A DNA stretch of 64,000 nucleotides, from the NCBI GenBank assembly GCA_963784375.1, contig CAWAQY010000001.1, positions 12,486-76,485 on the forward strand. Direction: 5' to 3'. The notes under the pieces are model-generated. The model was not told where the DNA came from. It saw only the letters and a list, made by a program, of their open reading frames with translations, and ran no database searches. This document shows positions 32,996-42,886 of this stretch, one piece after another (position 1 is the first letter of the stretch; every line of letters starts with the position of its first letter). Both the position numbers and the translations under genes were made by a program. Source of the DNA: an uncultured Chloroflexia bacterium. Its GTDB lineage: Bacteria > Chloroflexota > Dehalococcoidia > GIF9 > UBA5629.

Positions 32996-33193
32996 TTGAT
33001 ACTACAGGTTTTATTTTAACTGGCAGTTATTATAAATCATTAAATGCTTAATAAACAGTGGCTCACACGTATACAGGACTTTATTACCCTTGCTTAACAG
33101 TACCAACAGGTCATTTACTGTACGTGCGCCGATGCTACAATAGGTTTGCGAAATAAAAAAGCAAAATAAATAAAGGAGAAGGAGAAAAGGAAA

Positions 33194-33541
33194 ATGAAGA
33201 CACTTATCAAAACAACCCGGAAGTTGTTCAGCAAAGGTGCTGGTGAGAAAGGGTTCACCCTCATCGAGTTGCTGGTCGTGGTAGGAATCCTGGGGATTCT
33301 TGCTGGAGTGGTCACGCTCAACCTTGGTAGCTTCATCGGGACTGGGCAGGCTCAGGCTGCGTCCACTGAGCTCCATAATGTCCAGACTGCTGTAACGGCT
33401 TTCCAGGCGGCCAACAGTGGTGCCGTACCGGCAGCTTTCCCGGGAGATCTTGACCCGTACCTGGTGGGCGGTTCAGCCAAACTCCATGGTACCTATACCA
33501 TGGGTGCAGACGGGCTTGTCACTCAGACCGCATATCCCTAA
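33194..33541 (+). CDS. pilA: type IV pilin (major pilin candidate)
   Basis: Prepilin signal 'GEKG/FTLIELLVVVGILGILAGVV'. A strong RBS GGAGAAGGAG is present and a terminator follows. Confidence 0.9.
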   Translation: MKTLIKTTRKLFSKGAGEKGFTLIELLVVVGILGILAGVVTLNLGSFIGTGQAQAASTELHNVQTAVTAFQAANSGAVPAAFPGDLDPYLVGGSAKLHGTYTMGADGLVTQTAYP

Positions 33542-33596
33542 CGCCTAATGGGGAGTTGCTTCAGCGTGAGCTGAGGCACTCCAACCCTTCAAGCAA

Positions 33597-33631
33597 GCGG
33601 GCTACCGAGTTGGGTAGCCCGCTTTATTTTT
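33597..33631 (+). terminator. intrinsic terminator after pilA
   Basis: Stem GCGGGCTACC (33597-33606) pairs with GGTAGCCCGC (33613-33622), followed by TTTATTTTT. Confidence 0.75.
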
Positions 33632-33695
33632 GGTATTATTCCTTATCCAAATAGTGCGCTGCACCTCAGTCAACTGAATCATTCCTGACAGAAAC

Positions 33696-33830
33696 GTCTC
33701 CCCCTCACTTACGTCTCTCCCCAATGGGGCGAGATGAGAAAGGAGAAATCTCTCCCGCAAAGGGATGCCCTCAGGGAGAGAGAGGACAGGAAAATTAGCT
33801 CACTTTTGTCTCTCCCCTATTGGGAGAGAA
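33696..33830. repeat. intergenic hairpin-repeat array (array B), same family as array A
   Basis: 'TCTCCCCCTCACTTACGTCTCTCCCCAATGGGGCGAGA', 'TCTCTCCCGCAAAGGGA', 'CCCTCAGGGAGAGAGAGG' and 'TCTCTCCCCTATTGGGAGAGA'. The first module is the reverse complement of 31175-31199. Confidence 0.8.
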
Positions 33831-33910
33831 ACGATTTATACGGCTAACTAAACAATAATATCGGATACAAGGTGAGGAAAAATTGATATTACGCTAAAGG
33901 AAACCCTGGA

Positions 33911-34981
33911 TTATCTTGGCGGCAATCTGCCGGAAGTCGCTTTTTCAACTTCGGCTTTATCCTGGCAGAATGCCAGGACATTCTCCCAGCTGATGGTGCC
34001 TTTCTGGTATAGTTTTACCAGCGCATCATCGAGCATCTGCATGCCGGCCTGGCCATGGGTCCTGATGGTATTAGGAATCAGATGTATTTTCCCTTCACGG
34101 ATTAAATTCTTCACTGCTGGATTAGCCAGCATGATTTCTATAGCCGCAATCCTGCCGCCTTTGACCTTGGGAACTAATGTCTGACACAGCACGCCTAAAA
34201 GTACCGAGGCAAGCCTGGTTTGAGCCATCGGTCTCTCGTGGGGAGGAAAAAGATCAACGATTCTCTCCACTGACTGGGCTGCGCTCGGTGCATGACCTGT
34301 CGATAACACCAGGTGTCCTGTCTCGGCAACCGTAAGGACAGCAGAGGCCGTTTCCAGGTCCCTCATTTCTCCTACCAGGATGACGTCGGGATCCTGTCTG
34401 AGAACATGCTTCAAAGCAGTGGCAAACGAGTCAGTATCGACAACAAGTTCGCGCTGCGATATCGCGCACTTAATATTGGGATGCATGTACTCAACCGGAT
34501 CTTCAATGGTAACTATGTGTCGTCGTTCATTATTATTCAAATACTGAATCATGGAAGCGAGCGAAGTACTCTTGCCGGATCCGGTTGGCCCGGTGACGAC
34601 AATAAGGCCTCTGGGCCGGGTTATGAGCTCTTTGCAAATTTGAGGCAATCCCAAATCATCTATATTTGGTATAGAGGGAGGCAGCAGACGGATTGCCATC
34701 GAGGTAACTCCTTGTTGTTTGTAAGCATTACAACGTACGCGCCACCCGCCGGACATGGTATACGCAAAATCAAGTTCTAATTCCTTTTCAAACAGCACCC
34801 TTTGCTCGGGTCTGGTCGCCTCGTTAAATAAAGATGTCAAATCATCTGAATTCAAAATGGGGGCATCCGGCATTGGCTGCAAGTTTCCATCAATTCGCAG
34901 CATCGGGGGGCAATTCACTATCAGATGTATGTCGGAGGTTCTTAATTCCCTGGCACGCTCAAATAGCTGTTTAATCTCCAT
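33911..34981 (-). CDS. pilT: twitching-motility (retraction) ATPase PilT
   Basis: 'SDIHLIVNCPPMLRIDG', Walker A 'VTGPTGSGKSTSLASM', 'DPDVILVGEMRDLET', 'GHLVLSTGHAPS'. Confidence 0.95.
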   Translation of the reverse strand: MEIKQLFERARELRTSDIHLIVNCPPMLRIDGNLQPMPDAPILNSDDLTSLFNEATRPEQRVLFEKELELDFAYTMSGGWRVRCNAYKQQGVTSMAIRLLPPSIPNIDDLGLPQICKELITRPRGLIVVTGPTGSGKSTSLASMIQYLNNNERRHIVTIEDPVEYMHPNIKCAISQRELVVDTDSFATALKHVLRQDPDVILVGEMRDLETASAVLTVAETGHLVLSTGHAPSAAQSVERIVDLFPPHERPMAQTRLASVLLGVLCQTLVPKVKGGRIAAIEIMLANPAVKNLIREGKIHLIPNTIRTHGQAGMQMLDDALVKLYQKGTISWENVLAFCQDKAEVEKATSGRLPPR

Positions 34982-34998
34982 TAAGATTTCTCACGCTA

Positions 34999-36394
34999 CT
35001 ATTCTAACAACAGAATAAAGGACCACTGGCTGTAGTTAATCTCTTCCATTTTGGAAACAGTGACATTAACAAACCTGCTTGTGTCTCTCAGTGCTTTGGT
35101 ATAATTTAGTATAGTGTTTTTATCCGGGGCATTTCCATGAATAAAAATGGTGTCACTGTAGCTTACTGAAGTGATATTCATAGTACCCGGTAATACGCTG
35201 GTAATTTTGGCTAAATTGCCGTTTACCGAAGCTTGCTGCTTGGTAAAAACCTCTAAGGAACCATTATATGCACCCTGCGCCGACTTTACAGTATCTATCT
35301 GAGAATCGATAAATTTGAGGTAGGCATTAACGGGTTGCCAGCTCTTGATCAGGACCTCACTGCTGCTCACTTTAGCCGCCAGCATTCCGGTTTCGGCAGT
35401 TGCGCTCTGTGTCAATAGTGCCAACGGTACCAGGATAACGATAGCCAATCCCAGGACTGCCCATGACAGGATCGCAATCAAAGGCCGTGACTTTGGTAAA
35501 TATTGCGCGGGCCTGGCGTCAATATTGATCCGAACCGGGATCCTGCTGTCCTTAACTCCTTTAAGAGCCAGACCGGCATTAACCGTATATTCATTAATGT
35601 CGTAACCCACCTTTGATGACAGCCAGTGAGGAAGCGGCTTTATCTGGTAATTAAGTGAGGCCACCAATTCATCTCTCATTTCACCACTAACGAACGTATT
35701 GGTGTCCCTTGTTATTGGATTTTGCTTATGGCTCTGGTTAAAGTAGGTTACGGTACGTTCCAACTCCTCCTTAACCAACTTGATTTTATCTTTTAGCTCA
35801 ATTTCTCCTGAAGGGAATGTAATGGAATGGAGTATCTCAGGAATCCCGTTAGCCATGATCAAAATGCTGGCGCCAAAAGGTTGAACATTAACCACGATTG
35901 CTTCAGCACTATCGGTAAGACGGGCAACCGCCAGCGGTATTATGTCGACGCCGACGGGTTGGAGCCCGGCCTCCTTCAAAGTCTCCATCATGGCGTCAAC
36001 TGTGTTTTTGGGCAATCCAACCATGCAGAGCATCGTTTCCGTATCGGAAATATCGACTGCCTGCCAGGAGGTATGGAGACTCATTGAGAGGTACCGGCAT
36101 GGCTCTTTCCAATTCGTGCCGCGCCGCCTCACCGACCATGTTTTTGGCCAAACGCGGAAGGGTTACCGTTCGGTACATCGTATGTACACCGCTTATCCCC
36201 GTTATCACCTGTTTTTCGGAAATAGCATTTGCAGCTAAAAGTTCTTTGATAAGCTGGCTGACGATGGATTTTTCCACAATCAATCCTGATTCAACAAGGC
36301 CCTTCTCCAGGGAACACTTGGCAACCTGGAGCACCTGTCTCCCGTCAGTAACCATCACGCGTATATATTCATCCTGGATATGGAGCGTTATCAT
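34999..36394 (-). CDS. pilM: PilM-like actin-fold protein fused to a PilN-like TM/coiled-coil segment; one frameshift near 36,090
   Basis: N-terminal ORF 35996..36394 reads 'ITGISGVHTMYRTVTLPRLAKNMVGEAARHELERAMPVPLNE'. ORF 34999..36132 reads 'GLQPVGVDIIPLAVARL', then TM 'LIAILSWAVLGLAIVILVPLALL' followed by a periplasmic domain. Confidence 0.7.
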
Positions 36395-36398
36395 TCTT

Positions 36399-37358
36399 TT
36401 ACTCGTAAATCTTAATTTCCCAGGTACTCACATTTGCCGTCATAACTTTTATATAAAAATCACCCTCGCCACTATATATATACTCTGTGCCCTCTGATTT
36501 TTCTGCGGGTCGGGAGATCAGCGCAACATATCTGCCTGTTTCGCCTTTGCGATACAGTGCAAAGCACAAAGAAGCCCATTTCGGGTCCGTTGCCGTTACT
36601 TTCCAATCAAAACGCATTTGAGGAGATTTAGTTTTAAATAAATCTGTTACTTTATCCTTCTTGTCAGTGAAGGTTGCCAGTGGTTTCTTGCCGGCGACGG
36701 ATATCTGACTGACGATCGAGTCATGAATATCACTGCTGAAAACAGTTAAAACGACATTAGCGGTATCTTCCTGGTCTTCTTTTCCGGAGACACTGAAATA
36801 GACTTTTTTAATCTGAGATGTAGGGTAGGAATTGATCAGGGCCAGAAGAAAATTCTGAAACTTCGGCACCTGTCCCCTCAGGTTGATATCCAATGTCGTC
36901 ACTGGAAATACCATGGTATCGGCACCAACTTTGATGGAGCCTTCTGAAGTTACCACCTGTGTTTTGGTTATCTCAGCGCCATTTGCCTTGGCCAATTTTA
37001 CCAGATTATCAATTATCTCCGGGCTCCGATCTGAATTGGGGAAAATACCTCGTACTGTTTCCAGCTCTTTACGGGTCTTCACCAATTCAAGTTCGGCGGT
37101 TTTCCTCAAAATATCCGGAGATTCCGTGCCTCCCATTGCTTTTTGCAAAATACTAAGCTGCTGGTTTAATTCCAACTGCCTTGCCTGCTGCTGCGAGTAG
37201 ATCAGGTAAAGCGGAATACCGATAATGAGGAAAATACCGGTGAACAGGATCAGCCTGATTACCGGGCTGATCCGGGGTAAACTTATAGCCTTAGAGCTTT
37301 TTACCTTGGGCTCGTCCTGTATCATATTTTCGTTTATTTCTGCGTTGTCCTGGTACAT
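36399..37358 (-). CDS. PilO-like pilus assembly protein with an extra ~100-aa C-terminal domain
   Basis: TM 'IRLILFTGIFLIIGIPLYLI', a coiled coil 'QQQARQLELNQQLSILQ', and a PilO-like core 'TLDINLRGQVPKFQNFLLAL'. It sits inside the pil operon. Confidence 0.5.
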   Translation of the reverse strand: MYQDNAEINENMIQDEPKVKSSKAISLPRISPVIRLILFTGIFLIIGIPLYLIYSQQQARQLELNQQLSILQKAMGGTESPDILRKTAELELVKTRKELETVRGIFPNSDRSPEIIDNLVKLAKANGAEITKTQVVTSEGSIKVGADTMVFPVTTLDINLRGQVPKFQNFLLALINSYPTSQIKKVYFSVSGKEDQEDTANVVLTVFSSDIHDSIVSQISVAGKKPLATFTDKKDKVTDLFKTKSPQMRFDWKVTATDPKWASLCFALYRKGETGRYVALISRPAEKSEGTEYIYSGEGDFYIKVMTANVSTWEIKIYE

Positions 37359-37394
37359 TATACCCCTTTACCTTCAAATAGTGACAGCGATATA

Positions 37395-38810
37395 TTATTG
37401 AATGGAGTAAGCACGGATGGTCATACTGCTGGGTACGAGAGGACTGGTCACAGTTCCGGGTAGGTCATCTCGATTCCTGAGGTCTGTGGGATAAGTAATT
37501 TTACAATTGCCACCGCCAGTTATACTTGTTCCCACGGCTGAACCGTATAGTCTGGAATTGCCAGTGAGAGTAACACTTCCGTTAGGAGCAAACATTATTG
37601 CTGACGTCCAGGCATTCCCGCTAAGTGTTACAGTGCCATTGGTGGACATGATAAAAGGAATTTGTTCGGCGGGTAACTGGGAATTTCCACTCATAGAAAT
37701 GTTGCCTTCCGCAATCACCGTGTGTCCTCCGGTAAACCCATTGCTATTCCCACTCAAGGACATAGCCCCTTTGATATAAACGGTGCCGCCGAGATGCATT
37801 ACCGCATTACCCGAGGTTGTGAAATTACCCGTAACGTGTATCGTGCTGCCAAATGTTATGCTGGTATTGCTGGAAATAGAAAACGTTCCCGTGACTTTAA
37901 CCGGCCCCTGGAATACCATAGTTGTATTTGATCCTACGCTCAGATTGCCATCAACGCATACTTTATCAGTAAAAGTCACCGTTCCATTCCTCGTAATACT
38001 CAAATCCCCTACCACGTGAACCGGACTGTCGTATTGATAGTTTCCATTTCCACTGATCGTCCACCCTGATGGATGTGTAACCGGTACACAAGAAGAGGCC
38101 AGCGTTTCATTTTCATAGCTGGCAGTGTCAACTGTAGGGATGGTTAAAGGTGGAGCGCCGGGTATCTTATCTCCCATGATTTTAGAGTTATTCAGGGTAG
38201 TTACTGTGCCGGTTGCACTTCCGTCGCCGTTCACCTTGGCATTGCCGCTAAGGGCAACATTCCCATTTGCATAAATATCACCTTCCTGGACTTCGTCTGA
38301 TTCAACGTCGGAGTTACCACTCAAGGTAATATTGCCATTCAAACTGGCAAGCGCATAGTCGAATACTGACGAAGATGTACCACCGGTGAATGTCAGGTCA
38401 ACATCCGAGATAACGGCAAGATCAAGTCCAACGCCGTCTGAAGAAATGGAATTCACTCTGAACGTTTTACCGTCCTGATTGTAAATGGTTACGGTCAGGT
38501 TCTTCCCGTTGAGTACTTCTGAGAAGGGTAATGATATTTGCTGGCCCAGTTGAGGTAGCTGGAGGCTGCTGGTACCGGGATCTTTGATTTTATTATCGAT
38601 TTGCCACAGGGCATACTCGATACCCGCATCAGCCGCATAAATACTTTTGTCCCTATCATCAGTTATACGGTTGGCGCTAAGGCTGGTCTGAGTGAGCATG
38701 CTCGAAGGCACTATAAGAAGGCCGCCAACTAATAGCAGCGCTAACGCTGCCGGCAGGGCGAAGCCCTCTTCGCTCTTTAACATTTTCTTCAGAAAACTAA
38801 AGACTTTCAT
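37395..38810 (-). CDS. large pilin-like (PilX/TadG-like N-terminus) protein with a predicted beta-helical repeat body
   Basis: N-terminus 'EEGFALPAALALLLVGGLLIV'. Many 'xGNxxLSGNxxVxG' turns: 'GNITLSGNSDV', 'GNVALSGNAKVNGD', 'MSLSGNSNGF', 'ISMSGNSQL', 'VTLSGNAW', 'VTLTGNSRL'. Confidence 0.55.
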   Translation of the reverse strand: MKVFSFLKKMLKSEEGFALPAALALLLVGGLLIVPSSMLTQTSLSANRITDDRDKSIYAADAGIEYALWQIDNKIKDPGTSSLQLPQLGQQISLPFSEVLNGKNLTVTIYNQDGKTFRVNSISSDGVGLDLAVISDVDLTFTGGTSSSVFDYALASLNGNITLSGNSDVESDEVQEGDIYANGNVALSGNAKVNGDGSATGTVTTLNNSKIMGDKIPGAPPLTIPTVDTASYENETLASSCVPVTHPSGWTISGNGNYQYDSPVHVVGDLSITRNGTVTFTDKVCVDGNLSVGSNTTMVFQGPVKVTGTFSISSNTSITFGSTIHVTGNFTTSGNAVMHLGGTVYIKGAMSLSGNSNGFTGGHTVIAEGNISMSGNSQLPAEQIPFIMSTNGTVTLSGNAWTSAIMFAPNGSVTLTGNSRLYGSAVGTSITGGGNCKITYPTDLRNRDDLPGTVTSPLVPSSMTIRAYSIQ

Positions 38811-38825
38811 CTCTTCACCTTCTCT

Positions 38826-39380
38826 TTACTGTATAAGTGGCAGTCTCTGCGTTGCCTCGTAGTTCATTGGTTCTGAAATTACACCACCTGATTTGGCAGT
38901 TATCCTGAAGGACACCTTGTCGGGGTGTAAAGGATCGGGAGGAAGGATTTTGGTAGTGGCATCAGGATTGCCCACGGGGTCATAGTAGATATACTCTGCA
39001 ACCATCATAGTCACGTCGTTGCTGACGCGCATCAATCGTTTTATGGTGCCCGGCATATTGGGCATAGCATCCAGGCGATACAATATAGTAGCGTCAACAT
39101 AAGCACCCCCACTGAATACGGACGATGTCAGTTCTAAGAAACCGGCTGCTGGATTTGGATCAACAGTTTGTGCCGTCTGGACATCACGCGTAATCCAGTA
39201 GCCGGCATTCTGTGCCTGGTTTAGAACAATTATATGGTCGTTGCTCTGCGGGGTAATCTTCACTATAGTTGCTGTGGTCATGGTCATAGCACTACCGATT
39301 ACTCCCACAATTGCCATTGCAATCAGCAGTTCCAGCAAAGTGAATCCTTTCTCGTTTCGTAATACTTTCATCCTGATCAC
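38826..39380 (-). CDS. minor (pseudo)pilin with a prepilin-type N-terminal methylation motif
   Basis: 'NEKG/FTLLELLIAMAIVGVIGSA'. Confidence 0.8.
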   Translation of the reverse strand: MIRMKVLRNEKGFTLLELLIAMAIVGVIGSAMTMTTATIVKITPQSNDHIIVLNQAQNAGYWITRDVQTAQTVDPNPAAGFLELTSSVFSGGAYVDATILYRLDAMPNMPGTIKRLMRVSNDVTMMVAEYIYYDPVGNPDATTKILPPDPLHPDKVSFRITAKSGGVISEPMNYEATQRLPLIQ

Positions 39381-39814
39381 CTTTTCATCCTGTAGTCCTC
39401 TAACTTAAACGCCTCGGTGCCATCATAATTTACGACCACAGTGAATATCTGCAGTCCGTCATCATTGGTCAGACCATCACCTTTCGGGTCCAACCTCGCA
39501 GTTGTAATGATAATAGTGTAGCCATCCGGTATATCGCCCGCAGGTAGACCGACATATTGGGGCGGATTATTTGCTTCATCATAAGGTTGACTCCGCATGT
39601 ATTCCATCTGGCTCTTCGCCAGATTTTCGGCAGTAACCAATTGTTGACTCACAATCACCGCTTTAGAGGTAGTTGACATACTGAAGAGATAGGCGGTAAT
39701 TACTATCCCTGTGATTGCCATGGTGACCAGAGCCTCAGTCAGCGCCAATCCGCGCTCACCGTGAACGATTTGCTCGAGGCTCTTACCACATTTCGACCAA
39801 AAATTCGATATCAT
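39377..39814 (-). CDS. minor (pseudo)pilin, PilV-like
   Basis: 'GERG/LALTEALVTMAITGIVITA', with Glu at +5. It overlaps the downstream pilin gene by 4 nt. Confidence 0.7.
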   Translation of the reverse strand: MISNFWSKCGKSLEQIVHGERGLALTEALVTMAITGIVITAYLFSMSTTSKAVIVSQQLVTAENLAKSQMEYMRSQPYDEANNPPQYVGLPAGDIPDGYTIIITTARLDPKGDGLTNDDGLQIFTVVVNYDGTEAFKLEDYRMKR

Positions 39815-39826
39815 TTCTTTACCTTT

Positions 39827-41047
39827 TCATTTCACCTTAATCAAGCTGAGGCTGGAATAAAGCGGCATAAAGATGGACAATGCCAGAAAGCCAACGCCTA
39901 TTCCGATGGCAATAGTCATAGCAGGTTCAATCATGGCGAGCATGGTCTGTATCCGGCTTTCCGCCTCAATTTCATAGTTTTCCGCTACAGTAATGAGCGT
40001 AGCATCCAGGGTGCCGGTTGCCTCTCCGACCTTGGTCATTTCCACCATCAGAGGCAGGAAGACCCATTGCTTCCGCATCGGTTCGGAGAGACCTTCTCCT
40101 CTCATCATATCCTTCTCCACATCAGTCAATCCTTTAGCCAGAACACTATTTCCACTTGCCTGTGACGCCATGGTCATGATATCAGGTAAGGGTAATCCTG
40201 CCTTAAAAAGCAAAGACATAGTACGGCAGCAGCGGGCAAGCTCGCTGATTATGTTGATTCTTCCCATTACCGGTAGTTTCAGCATGAGCATATCAAGATA
40301 GTAGCGTCCAGTCGGCGTTTTGCTGTACATAAATCCGACAATCCCTGCCGCCAGAGCTACGACGAGCATGTGTAATCCGTAGTTCTTGAACGTATCAACT
40401 ATGAACAAAAGCACTTTGGTTGTTATCGGTACTTCACCTTTCAACATTGTAAACATACCCAGTATTGGGGGAAGTACCACGGTAACCATCAAGATCATGA
40501 TGCCAATCGCCAGTACCGTCACAATAGCAGGGTAAGTCAAGGCTGCTTTGAGCTTGCTCATAGCGGCGGATTGCTTCTCAATATAGCCAGCCAGGTTTCT
40601 CAATATCTGCTCGAGGTTACCGGTTTGCTCGCCGACTGCGAGCATCTTCTGGTAAATTCGAGGGAAAATATGGGGATGCCTTGAAAGTGATAATGAAAGA
40701 GGGTCACCTCCACGGATATCTGCAACTACCTTCCCCAGCACCTGCTTCAGCTGTCTGTCCCCTGTTTGAGATTGAAGCAATTCCAGGCTCTGAATAATGC
40801 CCAGGCCTGATTCCAGGAGCAGCGCCAGCTGGCGGGAGAAAAGTATCATTTCAGACGTTTTTATATTCTGCTTTAATAAACTGTTAAAATTTGGCAAAAA
40901 GGGGATAACCGCCTTCATGCTGACAATCCGATACCCGAACTTTGACAAACTGTCGATCGCTGCCAGTTCGCTTACGGCTGATATTTTCCCTTTTATGGTT
41001 CGCTTATCATTGGTATAACCTACATATGCATATTCCATAGTATTCAC
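39827..41047 (-). CDS. pilC: type IV pilus platform protein PilC (GspF family)
   Basis: Two GspF repeats: 'FSRQLALLLESGLGIIQSLELL' and 'LARCCRTMSLLFKAGLPLPDIM'. Three TM segments. Confidence 0.95.
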   Translation of the reverse strand: MNTMEYAYVGYTNDKRTIKGKISAVSELAAIDSLSKFGYRIVSMKAVIPFLPNFNSLLKQNIKTSEMILFSRQLALLLESGLGIIQSLELLQSQTGDRQLKQVLGKVVADIRGGDPLSLSLSRHPHIFPRIYQKMLAVGEQTGNLEQILRNLAGYIEKQSAAMSKLKAALTYPAIVTVLAIGIMILMVTVVLPPILGMFTMLKGEVPITTKVLLFIVDTFKNYGLHMLVVALAAGIVGFMYSKTPTGRYYLDMLMLKLPVMGRINIISELARCCRTMSLLFKAGLPLPDIMTMASQASGNSVLAKGLTDVEKDMMRGEGLSEPMRKQWVFLPLMVEMTKVGEATGTLDATLITVAENYEIEAESRIQTMLAMIEPAMTIAIGIGVGFLALSIFMPLYSSLSLIKVK

Positions 41048-41059
41048 CCTTCAATAATC

Positions 41060-42667
41060 TCAATCCAGAGTATAGACATTGCGCAATACCTCAAAGGGGG
41101 TGGTAAGTCCATCTCTGGTTTTTATCATGCCATCTTTGGCAAGAGTTACCATCCCGTCCTTGAGGGCGCTTTCCTTTATTTCAGTGGTTCCAGCACCGCT
41201 CACCAGCAGTTTCCTGATATTGTCAGTGATCGGAAGTAGTTCAAAAACTCCGGCTCTACCCAGGTAACCGGTATAGGCACATGCCTTACATCCTGCTCCA
41301 TAGGAGAATTCATGGCGTTCCTCCGACATTTCTTTCAGATAGGCAAGTTGTTCCACTACGGGAGCAGTTTTCGTCTGGATACAATGAGGGCACACCCGCC
41401 TGACCATCCGCTGTGCTACAATCCCAATCACTGCTGATGATAACAGGAATGGCTCTATCCCAAGATCGAGAAGCCTGAAGAGAACGCCGACGGTATCATT
41501 GGCGTGCACTGAGGACAATACAAGATGCCCTGTAAGAGCTGATTGTACTGCAATTTGGGCTGTCTCATTGTCCCTGATCTCGCCTACCAGGATAACGTCC
41601 GGATCAAGGCGTAAAATAGAACGTAGTGCGCTGGCAAAGGTCAAACCTGCACGTTGATTTACCTGAATCTGGTTAATACCAGGGAAACGGTACTCCACCG
41701 GATCTTCAGTGGTTATAATGTTGCGGCCGACCCTGTCGAGCGAATTTATTGCGGCGTAAAGTGTGGTGGTTTTACCTGCGCCCGTGGGACCGCTGATCAG
41801 CACCATGCCATGAGGAACCATGAGCATATTCTCAAATTTCTTACGGCTTTCAGGGAAGAAACCAAGTTGAGAGAGCGATAATGCTGCCATACTCTTGTCC
41901 AGGAGTCGAAGTACCGCCATTTCACCATGAACAGTATTAATAGTGGCAACACGGATATCAATATCTCTGCCCTTGCTTTTAACCGAGAACTGACCGTCCT
42001 GGGGACGCAAATGGTCAGCTATATTCATACCGGACAATATTTTTATCCGGGATATAAGGTGCCCGTGAACTCCGATCGGCAGCGCAGTAATGTTGTGCAG
42101 AATGCCATCGATACGATAGCGGACACGAAGGTTTTCAATTTCTGGTTCAATGTGGATATCCGATGCCCGTGATTTCACTGCCTCATTTACGAGCAGATTC
42201 AGCGCCCTGGCCACAGGGGAATCATCCGCCACTTCGGTAGTAACCTTTTCCTGTTCCGCTGCCTCAGGAATCGCCGTGATAATGCCAAATTGTTTGGCGA
42301 TATCGCCGAATGCTTTATAGTTAAAATCTATGGCGTCATGGACATTCTTTTCGGTAGCCGGAACAGGTTCGATCCTCTTTCTGGTCAGCGCGGCTATCGC
42401 TGAAATGGCCAGGATATCACTGGGATCGGCCATGGCAATTTTCAATGTATTTGCTTCAAGCGATAGCGGAATAACTGTATACTTCCTGGCAACTTCTTCT
42501 GGCACCAGCAAGAGTGCTTCCGGTGCTGGTGTTTGGTTGAGCATATTGAGGCTGCGAATATCAGAACTATTCTCGGCCGGTTCCGATTTTGGTTCCACGT
42601 TGGTCTCAATGCTGTCAATCAACGCAGCCATTTCAGTTTCAATTACTACTTTGTTCTGCTCTACCAT
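41060..42667 (-). CDS. pilB: type IV pilus assembly (extension) ATPase PilB (GspE family)
   Basis: 'ASDIHIEPEIENLRVRYRIDG', Walker A 'ISGPTGAGKTTTLYAA', 'DPDVILVGEIRDNETA', and the tetracysteine motif 'CPHC...CKAC'. Confidence 0.95.
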   Translation of the reverse strand: MVEQNKVVIETEMAALIDSIETNVEPKSEPAENSSDIRSLNMLNQTPAPEALLLVPEEVARKYTVIPLSLEANTLKIAMADPSDILAISAIAALTRKRIEPVPATEKNVHDAIDFNYKAFGDIAKQFGIITAIPEAAEQEKVTTEVADDSPVARALNLLVNEAVKSRASDIHIEPEIENLRVRYRIDGILHNITALPIGVHGHLISRIKILSGMNIADHLRPQDGQFSVKSKGRDIDIRVATINTVHGEMAVLRLLDKSMAALSLSQLGFFPESRKKFENMLMVPHGMVLISGPTGAGKTTTLYAAINSLDRVGRNIITTEDPVEYRFPGINQIQVNQRAGLTFASALRSILRLDPDVILVGEIRDNETAQIAVQSALTGHLVLSSVHANDTVGVLFRLLDLGIEPFLLSSAVIGIVAQRMVRRVCPHCIQTKTAPVVEQLAYLKEMSEERHEFSYGAGCKACAYTGYLGRAGVFELLPITDNIRKLLVSGAGTTEIKESALKDGMVTLAKDGMIKTRDGLTTPFEVLRNVYTLD

Positions 42668-42886
42668 TTCAAATTTTCCTTGTTCTGAGTGCTATGTTTC
42701 TACGATATCCCAAAGCCGAGGCAAGTTCAATGGTAAATGGCCAATTTTAGATGACCCTTTGGTCATAAAAATGAAGTACATTAGTCCCAGGTGAATGTAG
42801 TTCTTTGAAACATGCCACCAAAACACTTACTCGATTATTCCTTGACAACTTCATCTCGTTCGTATAATATGCTTTCTAACAATACT

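Noticed and set aside
33011-33376. ORFs 33011..33376 - and 33115..33336 -, opposite the pilA promoter and 5' coding region.
   Set aside because: They are antisense to a strongly supported pilin gene (RBS, prepilin signal, terminator). Their translations are low-complexity with no start context.
31114-33830. Could the hairpin-repeat arrays be a CRISPR array?
   Set aside because: The units are short (17-36 nt), internally palindromic, irregularly spaced and of mixed orientation. They are separated by genes, and there are no cas genes in the window. They fit REP/MITE-like elements, not CRISPR repeats.
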